Source of the DNA: an archaeon
GTDB lineage: Archaea > Nanobdellota > Nanobdellia > Woesearchaeales > UBA9642
Length of the DNA stretch: 64,000 nucleotides
NCBI GenBank assembly: GCA_020057295.1
Contig: JAGVGF010000006.1
Coordinates: forward strand, 179,752 to 243,751
Reading direction: 5' to 3'
Part shown: piece by piece, positions 49,001 through 57,980 of the stretch
How positions within the stretch are numbered: position 1 is the first letter of the stretch
Layout: each line of letters starts with the position of its first letter
The notes under the pieces: generated by a model
Told to the model about the DNA's origin: nothing
What the model saw: only the letters and a program-made list of their open reading frames with translations
Databases searched by the model: none
Made by a program: the position numbers and the translations under genes

Positions 49001-50050
49001 AACCAGACAGGACTTTCTTTTGAAAATAAGTACGGTCGTAAATGTGCTCCTCTAAAGAATAGTTACGATATGTGTTTAAAGACTGATTTTAATGTTCCTG
49101 TTGTTAAGAATGATAAATTAATTTATGAAAATTTAACATTAAAATTTTCCATAAGATTAAGAGACGATGTGCCTCCAGATTCTGTAGTAAATATAGATGC
49201 ATATAGTCAAAATCACACAAATAACTCTATAATATTAACTTGGGATAAGAATCCTGAATTAGATGTTGCCAAATATATAATATATTTAAGTGATGATATG
49301 AACACATTTAATAGACCTACAGACGGATTAAAGAGCGCAATACCATACAGAGTTATACCTGCAGTTCAAGGATTCGATGAATATTATGATATAGATTATC
49401 AAAATCCTGTATGTAAAGTAAATGCGGACAACACAGGAGTTTATTGTGTGTTTAATGTTGCAGCAAGTAAAGCTGTTAATGGTGCTGGAATAAGAATAAC
49501 ATTAGAAGAGAACAAATTATATTACCTCTCTAAATCAAATCAATTCTTGTACATACTTAATGGCAGTGATGCTTATAATAAATTGGCCGATGGTCAAGAT
49601 AAGAATATAGCAATTACAGCTGTTGATGCAGATGGTAATGAAATGAAATTTATTAATATTTCATCAAGCACAATCACAGTTACGGCTGAAGATTTATTAG
49701 AATCAGGATTTACAAATATTACTAGTTACAAATTTGAAAATAACAACAATACTTTAGTACTATCATGGAATCAAATCACAAAGTATATTAATGGTAAACC
49801 ATTAAGTTCAAACACTGCGGTGTATTATAATGTATATATGATTCAATCTCCTATTTGTTCTGATCAAGGAATGAGTATTGCAACCATGGGCTCCAGCCAA
49901 GGCGAGTTTAATAGTAATGCAGATAATGCTATAATTGTCTCAAGTATGAGTATTGGAGATTACTGTGTTGGTGTGACTTCAAAGACTAATAATGGCAGAG
50001 AATTTGATGGAATATACGTTCAAAAAATTACTTTACCAGCACATAGTTAA
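46052..50050 (+). CDS. Prepilin-like multidomain peptidoglycan hydrolase: N-acetylmuramoyl-L-alanine amidase (Amidase_2), SLT lytic transglycosylase and FN3-like domains
   Basis: NKRG|QLFVVVVAIAV; IVIHYT, SAHY, AYHAG, NSRSIGIE, IIGHDQI, KSDPG; QESSG, AVGISQI, ALRAYNG; ILTWDKNPELDVAKYIIY. Confidence 0.92.
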   Translation: MFNNKRGQLFVVVVAIAVTLAIASSYFILQYVVYAHISEDVTLGTYQSGMVDTLNDADKVLVYNDLLAKYSSYDALRKFMDNGGVYNKIVNDDSGSDTTVTCGRYIYNLWNDANKNCYPEYTKTYQKYLDDSLRSRVSNVNSIPKYYPFTIFKALDYNYEYYSNNKSIFAVANDPLTLYVFKNTATKNNIGLQSYVALKSAASLKDGDITGVPFDSAVPSNYLAANNRKIDSIVIHYTAGESISSAMSRFKQENQASAHYIIGGAKDNYAVEQVVLDKDVAYHAGCINSQITNICAYKDPVNSKGAFCKDTTYGNINSRSIGIEIVNLGFDCGATGKEYCRADSLQTNINGLKYWQKYPDQQMDKIVALSAILVKKYGVSKDNIIGHDQITACKSDPGPAFDWTNFKSKLDEALKLDINQLETVVVSGNTFNGCPKTSNTDWKIGNLMVSKDSLNADDTLTVTLTIINTGDNCVNVQPKIYFTSRQTTLLNGQPFTPNFPSSAIFKKSDAKPYINIELKCKFTTDVNIANSEQANGNCVLLAPPANANVPFSYTVYAKASEENGLNEKTGLNMEKPLTVYKPKGTTSGSGNGQGITVSNDLSPTEKNRVDQTRQNLEKLNIIGYIGEVADKYQIPKELLMGKITQESSGINYKIKIDSDPKKSNYAVGISQIEGWQHYNLIKDTCGAEYVTECAACTSCDLNGKGTTCRNDLKNCCKFEKFGNDPKCQIDVGARLLKQEYDRYVYNYEAYKNNVMNSCKDPIYQQKYLAYTGWERALRAYNGFGCDPKARNDLYVDLVSKWASGWGYTGTYQNIVKAEVETGILGTYDIKPSYTTSVGFDFKILDKLTEFAQKTTKECGGADSKDLCVQDNIQLFNTENIPIFAKNNEHINLTTNCEDDYITKILMGTVREIDDCVNSNETECQCVINSPEDININLRGSVEGTTLTYNGNDKQRNVYSDRIIYSNGGLINKTVSLKDVTISKNQTGLSFENKYGRKCAPLKNSYDMCLKTDFNVPVVKNDKLIYENLTLKFSIRLRDDVPPDSVVNIDAYSQNHTNNSIILTWDKNPELDVAKYIIYLSDDMNTFNRPTDGLKSAIPYRVIPAVQGFDEYYDIDYQNPVCKVNADNTGVYCVFNVAASKAVNGAGIRITLEENKLYYLSKSNQFLYILNGSDAYNKLADGQDKNIAITAVDADGNEMKFINISSSTITVTAEDLLESGFTNITSYKFENNNNTLVLSWNQITKYINGKPLSSNTAVYYNVYMIQSPICSDQGMSIATMGSSQGEFNSNADNAIIVSSMSIGDYCVGVTSKTNNGREFDGIYVQKITLPAHS

Positions 50051-50189
50051 AAGGTATAAATAAAATATATTCAAGACTCTAAAAAAACCATAACACATTT
50101 AAAGCCATAAGTAAATCATTCTATGAGGGGGATTTAAAATTTAATTCGTATTTGCTCATTTGCAAGACGATGAACAAAAGGTGTTTTAC

Positions 50190-51323
50190 ATGATTCACGT
50201 ACCATTAAAAGATATTATAGCTAAAATTACAGCACATACAGGACTTTCTGAAGCTGATGTTAGACTGAAAGTTCGTGAAAAGATTGAACAATTATATGGT
50301 CTAGTTAGTGAAGAAGGTGCAGCACATATTATTGCTAACGAGTACGGTATTAAATTATTTGATATTTCAGGCGAATTAAAGATTAAAGACATACTGCTTG
50401 GTATGAAGAGTGTAGATGTTGTTGGTAAGGTTCTTAGAAAATATGAATTAAGAGAATTTAATACTGAAAAACGTAAAGGTAAAGTTGCTAATTTAATGAT
50501 TGGTGATGAAACTGGAACAATAAGAGTAGTTTTCTGGAATGATAAAACTAATGAATTCACACAACTTAAAGATGAAGATATTATAAAAATTAAGAATGCT
50601 TACGTTAGAGATAATGCTGGACGTAAAGAATTACATTTAGGAGATACATCGCATATTATTATTAATCCGCCGAATGTTACTGTAAATACTAGAGAACATA
50701 AAGAATATGGCAAGAAACATATTTCTGAACTAACTGACACTGTGAGTGCTGAAATACTTGGAACAATCGTACAAGTTTTTGATGTAAAATTCTTTGAAGT
50801 ATGCCCACAATGCAATAAGAGATTAAGATTAAAAGATAATCAGTTCGCATGTGAAACACATGGTGTTCAGAATCCAGCATTTAATTATGTATTAAATGTA
50901 TATTTGGATGATGGAACAGGAAATATTAGGGCGATATTCTGGAAGCAACAGTCTCAAAGATTGTTAAAGATTGATGATAAAGCATTTGATGCTATAAGAT
51001 TACAACCTGAAACATTTGAAAAGTATAAGAACGATTTACTTGGAGTTCAGGTTAAGGTTTTAGGCACCGCAAAAAATAATATTATGGGTAGACTAGAGTT
51101 TAATGCGGAGATTGTGTTTACTGAATTGAATCCTGATCAAGAAGTCGAAATGTTAGATCACATGCGTGAAGTAGCATTAGACACTAAAACTTCAAATGCT
51201 GTAGTTAATAATGTATCTAACAGTAATACAGTAAGTCCTGTTCCAGCTAAAACTGTTGATAAACCAGTTAAATCTACAGATTTAGATGATGAATTTGAAG
51301 TCAGTGAAGACTTTTTAGAATAA
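50190..51323 (+). CDS. rpa: Replication protein A (OB-fold ssDNA-binding protein with Zn finger)
   Basis: GLVSEEGAAHIIA N-domain, GKVANLMIGDETGTIRVVFW, CPQC...CETHG, LDDGTGNIRA; ATG 50190 after aggtg. Confidence 0.92.
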   Translation: MIHVPLKDIIAKITAHTGLSEADVRLKVREKIEQLYGLVSEEGAAHIIANEYGIKLFDISGELKIKDILLGMKSVDVVGKVLRKYELREFNTEKRKGKVANLMIGDETGTIRVVFWNDKTNEFTQLKDEDIIKIKNAYVRDNAGRKELHLGDTSHIIINPPNVTVNTREHKEYGKKHISELTDTVSAEILGTIVQVFDVKFFEVCPQCNKRLRLKDNQFACETHGVQNPAFNYVLNVYLDDGTGNIRAIFWKQQSQRLLKIDDKAFDAIRLQPETFEKYKNDLLGVQVKVLGTAKNNIMGRLEFNAEIVFTELNPDQEVEMLDHMREVALDTKTSNAVVNNVSNSNTVSPVPAKTVDKPVKSTDLDDEFEVSEDFLE

Positions 51324-51334
51324 AGGTAATAAAA

Positions 51335-51601
51335 ATGGATTTTTTAAGCATAATCCAACTAATAAGTGGTGTAATACTAATATTCTTCCTACCAGGGTAC
51401 TTAATATTAAGATTATTCTATAAGCATTTGAAAGGTTTAGAACAGATAGTTATAAGCATTGGCCTTAGCATATCGTTTAGCATAATTATAGCGCTAATAT
51501 TAGGATTTATCGGTATATTCAATTACTGGAATAGTATAATAGCTTACACCATAGTACTTGTAGGCGTTATAACATATTATGCTATTAGAATGATAAGATG
51601 A
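51335..51601 (+). CDS. Small membrane protein (DUF1616-like)
   Basis: FFLPGY...LEQIVISIGLSI; three hydrophobic segments. Confidence 0.7.
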   Translation: MDFLSIIQLISGVILIFFLPGYLILRLFYKHLKGLEQIVISIGLSISFSIIIALILGFIGIFNYWNSIIAYTIVLVGVITYYAIRMIR

Positions 51602-52716
51602 AATATTCTATAATATTACCTTGCAAAAATGAAGAAGACACAGTATCCACAGTAATATTAAAAGCAAGAAAGATTCTTCCTGATGCAGAAATAATAGTTG
51701 TGGATAATAATTCTACGGACAACTCCGCAAAACTTGCAAGAAAAATTGGTGCTAAAATTCTAAAAGAACCAATACCAGGATATGGTGCGGCATTGTTACA
51801 AGGATTTAAAGAGGCAGGGGGAGAATATGTAATAATGTGCGATGCAGACAACACATATGATTTGTTAGAATTGCCAAAGCTATTAAAATATGTAAATGAA
51901 AAAAATAATTATGATATTATTATTGGCAATAGAATGAATAAGAATATGAAAAGAGAAGCCATGCCTTTTATGCATAAATATTTAGGAAATCCGTTTCTAA
52001 GCTCTATAATGAGATTTATGTTTAATAATAATATAAAAGATTCACAATCAGGGTTAAGAATTATTAAAAAATCTTCATTAGAAAAATTAAATCTACAATC
52101 CTCTGGGATGGAAATAGCATCAGAAATAATAATTAAGGCATTAAAGTTAAATATGAAAATAAAAGAAACAAATATCACATATTATCCTCGAATTGGAGAG
52201 TCAAAACTTAGAAGCTTTAATGATGGATGGAAACATCTTAAAATGATGTTATTATATAGTCCAGACCATCTCTTTCTTATTCCGGGTATAACGCTATTTG
52301 TATTAGGATTCTTATTAATAACCGTACTATTATTTCAAAAAATACAATTTTTCGGCATAACATTAGTAACACATCCAGCAATTATTGGAAGTCTTATGAC
52401 TATACTTGGTTTTCAAATAATGCAATTATGGGCTTATGCCAAAACCTATAGGGTAACAATATTTGATGAAAGAGATGAATTAATTTCAAAGATGCATAAA
52501 GCCATTAGTTTAGAAAACTCGATGATATTTGGAAGTTTGCTAATATTACTAGGGATAATTATCGGTATTATAATCATAGCTACATGGATCCAAAGAGACT
52601 TAGGAAAAATAGATTATTTTGAAAAAAGTATATTTGCATTAACAATAATAGTTCTAGGAATTCAAACAATTTTTTCTGGATTCATGCTCAGTATCCTTGG
52701 AACAAAAAGATCTTAA
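51598..52716 (+). CDS. Glycosyltransferase family 2 (polyprenol-phosphate glycosyltransferase-like) with C-terminal TMs
   Basis: SIILPCKNEE, VVDNNSTD, GYGAA, DADNTYD, DSQSG, RIGESKL. Confidence 0.93.
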   Translation: MKYSIILPCKNEEDTVSTVILKARKILPDAEIIVVDNNSTDNSAKLARKIGAKILKEPIPGYGAALLQGFKEAGGEYVIMCDADNTYDLLELPKLLKYVNEKNNYDIIIGNRMNKNMKREAMPFMHKYLGNPFLSSIMRFMFNNNIKDSQSGLRIIKKSSLEKLNLQSSGMEIASEIIIKALKLNMKIKETNITYYPRIGESKLRSFNDGWKHLKMMLLYSPDHLFLIPGITLFVLGFLLITVLLFQKIQFFGITLVTHPAIIGSLMTILGFQIMQLWAYAKTYRVTIFDERDELISKMHKAISLENSMIFGSLLILLGIIIGIIIIATWIQRDLGKIDYFEKSIFALTIIVLGIQTIFSGFMLSILGTKRS

Positions 52717-52768
52717 AATTAAAATAATAAATTATTAAATAAAAAACACAACAAAAGAGCATAATAAA

Positions 52769-53848
52769 ATGAAAATAGCAATATTTCACGATTATTTTGG
52801 AAGCATAGGTGGAGGAGAGAAGCTAGTTTTAGATTTGGCTCACGGGTTAAATGCAGATGTGTACACAACAGAAATAAACCGTAAAAATCTCAAAAGAATA
52901 AATAAACACCATGTACGCGTAATACTATTAAAAGATAGCATAAAATTTCCGGTATTAAAACAAATTCATTCTTCAATAATATTTCATAATGCAAATTTAA
53001 ACAATAAAGGTTACGATTTTTATATTATGAGCGGCAACTGGGCGATATTCGCGTGTAAAAAACACCATTCAAATATCAATTTTATACATACACCTCCCAG
53101 AATGTTTTATGATGATAACAAATCATTCTATAAACAAGTGCCGTGGTATGGTAAAATACTTTTTTTGATTTGGGTCACTATCCACAAACGGATTTACGAA
53201 AAACAAATAAAATATATGGACAGCATTATCGCAAATTCTAATAATACACAACATAGAATAAAAAAATATTATCACAAAGATTCTGTAGTAATATCTCCTC
53301 CAATAAAAAAATATGCGTTCAGAAAATATGGAGATTATTGGCTCAGTATAAACAGAATATATCCTCATAAGAGAATAGAACTTCAAATAGAAGCATTCAG
53401 AAAATTACCACACGAAAGATTAATTATAGTTGGAGGATATATGAGTGGAGATCATGCAAAAGCATATGCAAATAAAGTATTTACAAATCTACCTAAGAAT
53501 GTGAGCTATATAGGAGAAATAGATGAAAGAATAGTAGAAAAATTATATGGAGAGTGTAAAGCATTTATTACAACTTCCAAAGACGAAGATTTTGGAATGA
53601 CTGTACTTGAAGCAATGAGTGCAGGAAAACCTGTTATTGCACCAAATGAAGGAGGCTATAGAGAGACAGTAATTAATGGAAAAACAGGATATTTAGTAAA
53701 AGCAAATAGTACAGAAATAATTAAGAACATTAAAAAAATATCTGTTAATCCTTCAAAATATAAATCCGCATGCATCATCCAAGCAGATAAGTATAATATA
53801 TCACGATTTATAAAAAAAATCAAACAGGAATTAACTTATAAGAGATAA
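52769..53848 (+). CDS. Glycosyltransferase family 4
   Basis: IGGGEK, RIYPHKRI, EDFGMTVLEAMSAGKPVI. Confidence 0.93.
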   Translation: MKIAIFHDYFGSIGGGEKLVLDLAHGLNADVYTTEINRKNLKRINKHHVRVILLKDSIKFPVLKQIHSSIIFHNANLNNKGYDFYIMSGNWAIFACKKHHSNINFIHTPPRMFYDDNKSFYKQVPWYGKILFLIWVTIHKRIYEKQIKYMDSIIANSNNTQHRIKKYYHKDSVVISPPIKKYAFRKYGDYWLSINRIYPHKRIELQIEAFRKLPHERLIIVGGYMSGDHAKAYANKVFTNLPKNVSYIGEIDERIVEKLYGECKAFITTSKDEDFGMTVLEAMSAGKPVIAPNEGGYRETVINGKTGYLVKANSTEIIKNIKKISVNPSKYKSACIIQADKYNISRFIKKIKQELTYKR

Positions 53849-53857
53849 AATAACTAG

Positions 53858-54895
53858 TCATTTACGATTTTTAATAATATGATACGTCGTAGAAAGCATT
53901 TCTTTAGTACTTCTTAAGATTTTTTTAGGACTAAAAACAGAAATATGTTTCATGTCGCTTTTGTCTAACATCTTTCTTTGTCTTAATTGGCCACATCCTG
54001 AATATATATCATTTCCAAAACTATTGAGTATTCCTACACTGATATTTTTCTTTTTCAATATTTTCATGAATTTTTCAGCAGTTTCTATACTAGAGCTCTT
54101 AAGACCTGGAAAGTTATTATCACAATACATTTTTAGAGATACATTGAATTTTTTAGAACCAATCATTAATGCCAATCTTTCCGCATCTTCTGGAGTATCA
54201 TTAACACCATCAAATAACAAATAGTTTATACAAACAGCTGTATTTGTCTGTTTAGAATAATGTTCCATTGATTTTATCAAATCAGGAATATTACTTATAC
54301 TTTTGGGCATGAGTTTTTTTCTTTGATCTTCAGTAGTTGCATGCAAAGAAAGGTATAAGTATAAATTCAATTTTTCTTCAGTCAACTTATAAATTTTCGG
54401 GATTATTCCTGACGTAGATAATGAAATGTGTAAACTATCACCGTGATTGCCTTCTTTATTGAAAAATTTTATTGCATCTACAACATTGTCATAATTCAGT
54501 AACGGCTCGCCCATCCCCATGAATGTTATACCTGTAATTTTCACCTTAGATCCCTTACGTTTTAAATGATCTTGTACCACGAGTAATTGATCAATTATCT
54601 CTTTAGAGGTCATATCTCTCACAAACTTATCTTTTCCAGTAGCACAAAAACTACAATCTAATCTACATCCAACCTGACAAGATATACATAATGACACAAG
54701 TTTTTTATGCAGAAAGATATTTTTTGAATAAGCCAATAATACACATTCTATAAAATTTCCATCAGAAAGCTTCATTAAGTATTTTATCGTCCCTTTATTT
54801 GTTAAAGAATCTATTGTTTGAACTATGGACATACTAAATGCGGTATTAATAGTATTATCTTCAGTATTATCTTGAAAAGTATCGACATTTTTCAT
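53858..54895 (-). CDS. rlmN: RlmN/Cfr-family class A radical SAM methyltransferase (divergent)
   Basis: CISCQVGCRLDCSFCATG, FMGMGEPLLN, SLHA, GVND, GCGQL. Confidence 0.8.
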   Translation of the reverse strand: MKNVDTFQDNTEDNTINTAFSMSIVQTIDSLTNKGTIKYLMKLSDGNFIECVLLAYSKNIFLHKKLVSLCISCQVGCRLDCSFCATGKDKFVRDMTSKEIIDQLLVVQDHLKRKGSKVKITGITFMGMGEPLLNYDNVVDAIKFFNKEGNHGDSLHISLSTSGIIPKIYKLTEEKLNLYLYLSLHATTEDQRKKLMPKSISNIPDLIKSMEHYSKQTNTAVCINYLLFDGVNDTPEDAERLALMIGSKKFNVSLKMYCDNNFPGLKSSSIETAEKFMKILKKKNISVGILNSFGNDIYSGCGQLRQRKMLDKSDMKHISVFSPKKILRSTKEMLSTTYHIIKNRK

Positions 54896-54991
54896 AAGAG
54901 TTCACCAAAAAATTAAATTTGTGCATACACGCGTATTATACAATTTATTACATACAAATAACTTAACAAACGTGCATCAAAGCATAGATTA

Positions 54992-55555
54992 TCACTTACT
55001 ATTGCTATTCATATAGTTTGTGAGAAGCACTCTTTGAACATCTTCATAGATGCCTCCTCGCTCATTAAGTCTATAATTAAGATGTGCAATATATGCTGGT
55101 AGGATGTTTTGTATGTAAGATTTTCTTGCTCCAACAACTACTCGTGGAACTTTAGTATAAACTATAAATCCTTCACACATGGAGCATGGCTCAAAAGTGG
55201 TATAGAGTGTGACATTTTCTATCTTACTAAAATCGCTAACATGTAACTTATTTAATGCATCATTGATAACAAGCATCTCTGCATGATTTCTATGATCTTC
55301 AAGTCTTCTAGAAGTAGCTTCTGAAGAAGATATTATCTTTCCATTAACAACAAGTACAGCTCCAACAGGGATATCTCCATGTTCATAAGAAGAATTTGCG
55401 AGAGCATATGCTAAGTCCATAAACTTTTTGTCATCAGAACTTATACCTAAGGTAGAATGACTTATAAAAACAACATAAGATACGAATAGAATTAATACTA
55501 CAAATATAATTATAGCACATAATCCTATAAACATAAGAATCTTGTTTTTTTTCAT
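54992..55555 (-). CDS. TadA-like Zn-dependent nucleoside deaminase with N-terminal membrane anchor
   Basis: PVGAVLV, HAEM, TFEPCSMC; N-terminal KKNK followed by a long hydrophobic stretch. Confidence 0.88.
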   Translation of the reverse strand: MKKNKILMFIGLCAIIIFVVLILFVSYVVFISHSTLGISSDDKKFMDLAYALANSSYEHGDIPVGAVLVVNGKIISSSEATSRRLEDHRNHAEMLVINDALNKLHVSDFSKIENVTLYTTFEPCSMCEGFIVYTKVPRVVVGARKSYIQNILPAYIAHLNYRLNERGGIYEDVQRVLLTNYMNSNSK

Positions 55556-55748
55556 AAAGCCGCCAATGTACAAAATAAAATAATATATTATATACCATAT
55601 TTTTAAAACAGGAATAGTCTAGATATCCTGTTTATGAATCATATTAATAAATCGTTAGTTGCTAACGATACTAGACAATAAGTAAAACATTCAAGAATTT
55701 AAATATGTTTCTATAGATGTGGTTGTTTATGAATAATAGGATAGCACA

Positions 55749-57170
55749 CTATAATTTAACATCTTTCCAGGGCAATAAGACAGATCTTTCTAACGCTCCA
55801 TTTACAATAAAGCTATGATAATAATTCATATTTGGCGAACCATGGACTAGAGGATAATTATAAGAATATGCCTTTAAATTATCAAGAAGATTTTTATGAG
55901 CAGCACTAACAAAAGAATTATTATTTGTTTCTTTGTCCGATTTTAATATTTTAATTAACTCTGGGCAAGCCACAATCTTTTCTTGATTAGAATATTTCGG
56001 AGAAATTCTCATGAACTCTGGTTTAAAAGAATATATTATCCGCTTATTTGATGAATGTGAATCTTTCAAAATTTTAATAATTTTTGATTTATGGAATGTT
56101 TTTATACAAAAAGCATAGTATTCATCGTCAACATTTGTTCTAAATAGATAAATATCTGTCAATGAAAATTTTTTTTGTAAATTTTTAAGAGTTTTTAAAA
56201 CTTCAGGTAGAAGCATATCGTTGTATCTAAAAACAGGAATATAATTTTCTTTCAAACCATATACTTTGTTGATAAAAAAATAAGAATCATAAGTTAATCC
56301 GTAGGATTTAGGCATAAGTGATCTTATTTTTGAATTTAGACTATAACGTAATTTTTTTATTAAACTATTTTCAAAATCAACACCATCGGCCACACCGGTA
56401 TAGTTTAATCTTTGAATATTAGACAATAGTTCTTTTAAGGATTTAGTCCTCAAATCATGTAAACTAATCGGCGTACATATGTATCCTGTAGCCGAATTTA
56501 TAGTTAAAGGAAGTCTCATAAGCGCTCTCGTATTAATTGTTATTTTATGATCCATAACTATACCATTATTGCATAATTGTGTAATCAAATCTTTACGTTT
56601 ATTAACAAAATATTCTTCTCTAATTATATTATCTTCAATTTTTGGATCTGGAACTATGTCTATAAATTCTATATGAAAACCCTTTTTTCCAGAAAACATT
56701 ATGGATTTCAAAGGATATCCCCATTTATTCATTAAATCGATAATTTTTAATGATTCTAATCGAGATTTTTCTAAGATAGGATTATCAACGTCAAAAATAA
56801 GATCATTACCTAATATTATACCACTATTCTTATTTTTTTTGTAAAATTTTGATCCAATCTCAGTAGGATCTTCCCACCTAGAAATACTGTAATGTACAGT
56901 GATGGGAGTATATTTTATTAAATGCTTTCTTAAATCATCTGTATTTTTTATACGAGATTTAATCTTTATAACTTTGGATTGAGATAAAAAAAATCTAAAG
57001 TGTCTTGATTCAGGACTTTCAGGCAACCATAAGTCAGAGTTTTTATAATACTCTTTAAGAACAGTAATATCTTTTTTAAATTTCAAATTGTTTATGAAAC
57101 AAAATATTTTGTAATAAAACACGTATTTCCTAAAAAAATTTCTCGATTTAATTATCAGAGCATAAAACAA
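55749..57170 (-). CDS. Archaeo-eukaryotic primase (PriS-like) domain protein with unknown C-terminal domain
   Basis: DLIFDVD, FSGKKGFH, DHKITINTRALMRLPLTINSATG; probable TTG start at 57170 after aggtga (track start 57197). Confidence 0.85.
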   Translation of the reverse strand: MFYALIIKSRNFFRKYVFYYKIFCFINNLKFKKDITVLKEYYKNSDLWLPESPESRHFRFFLSQSKVIKIKSRIKNTDDLRKHLIKYTPITVHYSISRWEDPTEIGSKFYKKNKNSGIILGNDLIFDVDNPILEKSRLESLKIIDLMNKWGYPLKSIMFSGKKGFHIEFIDIVPDPKIEDNIIREEYFVNKRKDLITQLCNNGIVMDHKITINTRALMRLPLTINSATGYICTPISLHDLRTKSLKELLSNIQRLNYTGVADGVDFENSLIKKLRYSLNSKIRSLMPKSYGLTYDSYFFINKVYGLKENYIPVFRYNDMLLPEVLKTLKNLQKKFSLTDIYLFRTNVDDEYYAFCIKTFHKSKIIKILKDSHSSNKRIIYSFKPEFMRISPKYSNQEKIVACPELIKILKSDKETNNNSFVSAAHKNLLDNLKAYSYNYPLVHGSPNMNYYHSFIVNGALERSVLLPWKDVKL

Positions 57171-57259
57171 GATATCACCTTTCAAAAAGACAAACAATAA
57201 CTAATGGTTGTAATTGATTATTAATTAATAAAGCATCATTAACAACAATATACAATTAA

Positions 57260-57979
57260 CTATTTACTGTGAACATTTTTAATATATTTCTGTATAACCA
57301 TAGATGTCGGACCATCTGCTATAATCTCTCCTTTAGATAGATATATGCATCTTTTGAAATGTTTTTTAATCAAATCCAGATCATGTGATACAAATAGTAA
57401 AGTTTTACCTTTCTTCTCAAATTGATCGAAAAGAGAGATACATTTAGTATTAAATGAAAAATCACCTGCTCCTAAAAACTCATCTAATAATAAAATATCA
57501 GGATCAGTATGAACAGCTATGGAAAATATCAATCTTAACTTCATTCCTGAAGATAAATTTTTTACAGGCTCACCAATACAATCTTCTAGATCTGAAAAAA
57601 TCAATATTTTATTAATTTTTTTTGAGATATCTCTCCTAGATAAACCAAAAAGTGTACAATACAAATAAATATATTCGCGTACATTTAGACTCTCTTGAAA
57701 ATCAAAACCTTGCTGAAGAATAGGTGCTGTTTTTCCAGATACACTTACACACCCATTGCTTGGTGTTAAAATGCCTGCAATAACCATTAATAATGTAGAT
57801 TTTCCTGAACCATTAGGTCCTATTATAGCTACACGTTCACCTTTTGTAATTCTTAAATTAACGTTTTTTAAAGCATAAATCTTTTTCGAAGCGAAAATAT
57901 TTGAAAATATACTCTGATGTAATGTTCCCTTTGATCTAGTCACGCCAAACAATTTATCGACTTTTTCTAGGACAATCAT
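57260..57979 (-). CDS. wzt: Polysaccharide ABC exporter ATPase (Wzt/TagH type)
   Basis: GPNGSGKST, LSSGMKLRL, LLLDEFLGAGD, VSHD. Confidence 0.92.
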   Translation of the reverse strand: MIVLEKVDKLFGVTRSKGTLHQSIFSNIFASKKIYALKNVNLRITKGERVAIIGPNGSGKSTLLMVIAGILTPSNGCVSVSGKTAPILQQGFDFQESLNVREYIYLYCTLFGLSRRDISKKINKILIFSDLEDCIGEPVKNLSSGMKLRLIFSIAVHTDPDILLLDEFLGAGDFSFNTKCISLFDQFEKKGKTLLFVSHDLDLIKKHFKRCIYLSKGEIIADGPTSMVIQKYIKNVHSK

Positions 57980-57980
57980 A

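Noticed and set aside
46052-50050. Prophage endolysin or tail lysin
   Set aside because: No phage structural, holin or integrase genes nearby; the protein has a prepilin-type N-terminus like its neighbours.
55606-55669. Two short inverted repeats (aaacagga/tcctgttt and atcgttag/ctaacgat) upstream of the deaminase as mobile-element ends or a riboswitch
   Set aside because: The arms are only 8 bp in AT-rich DNA, with no transposase, target duplication or recognisable aptamer.
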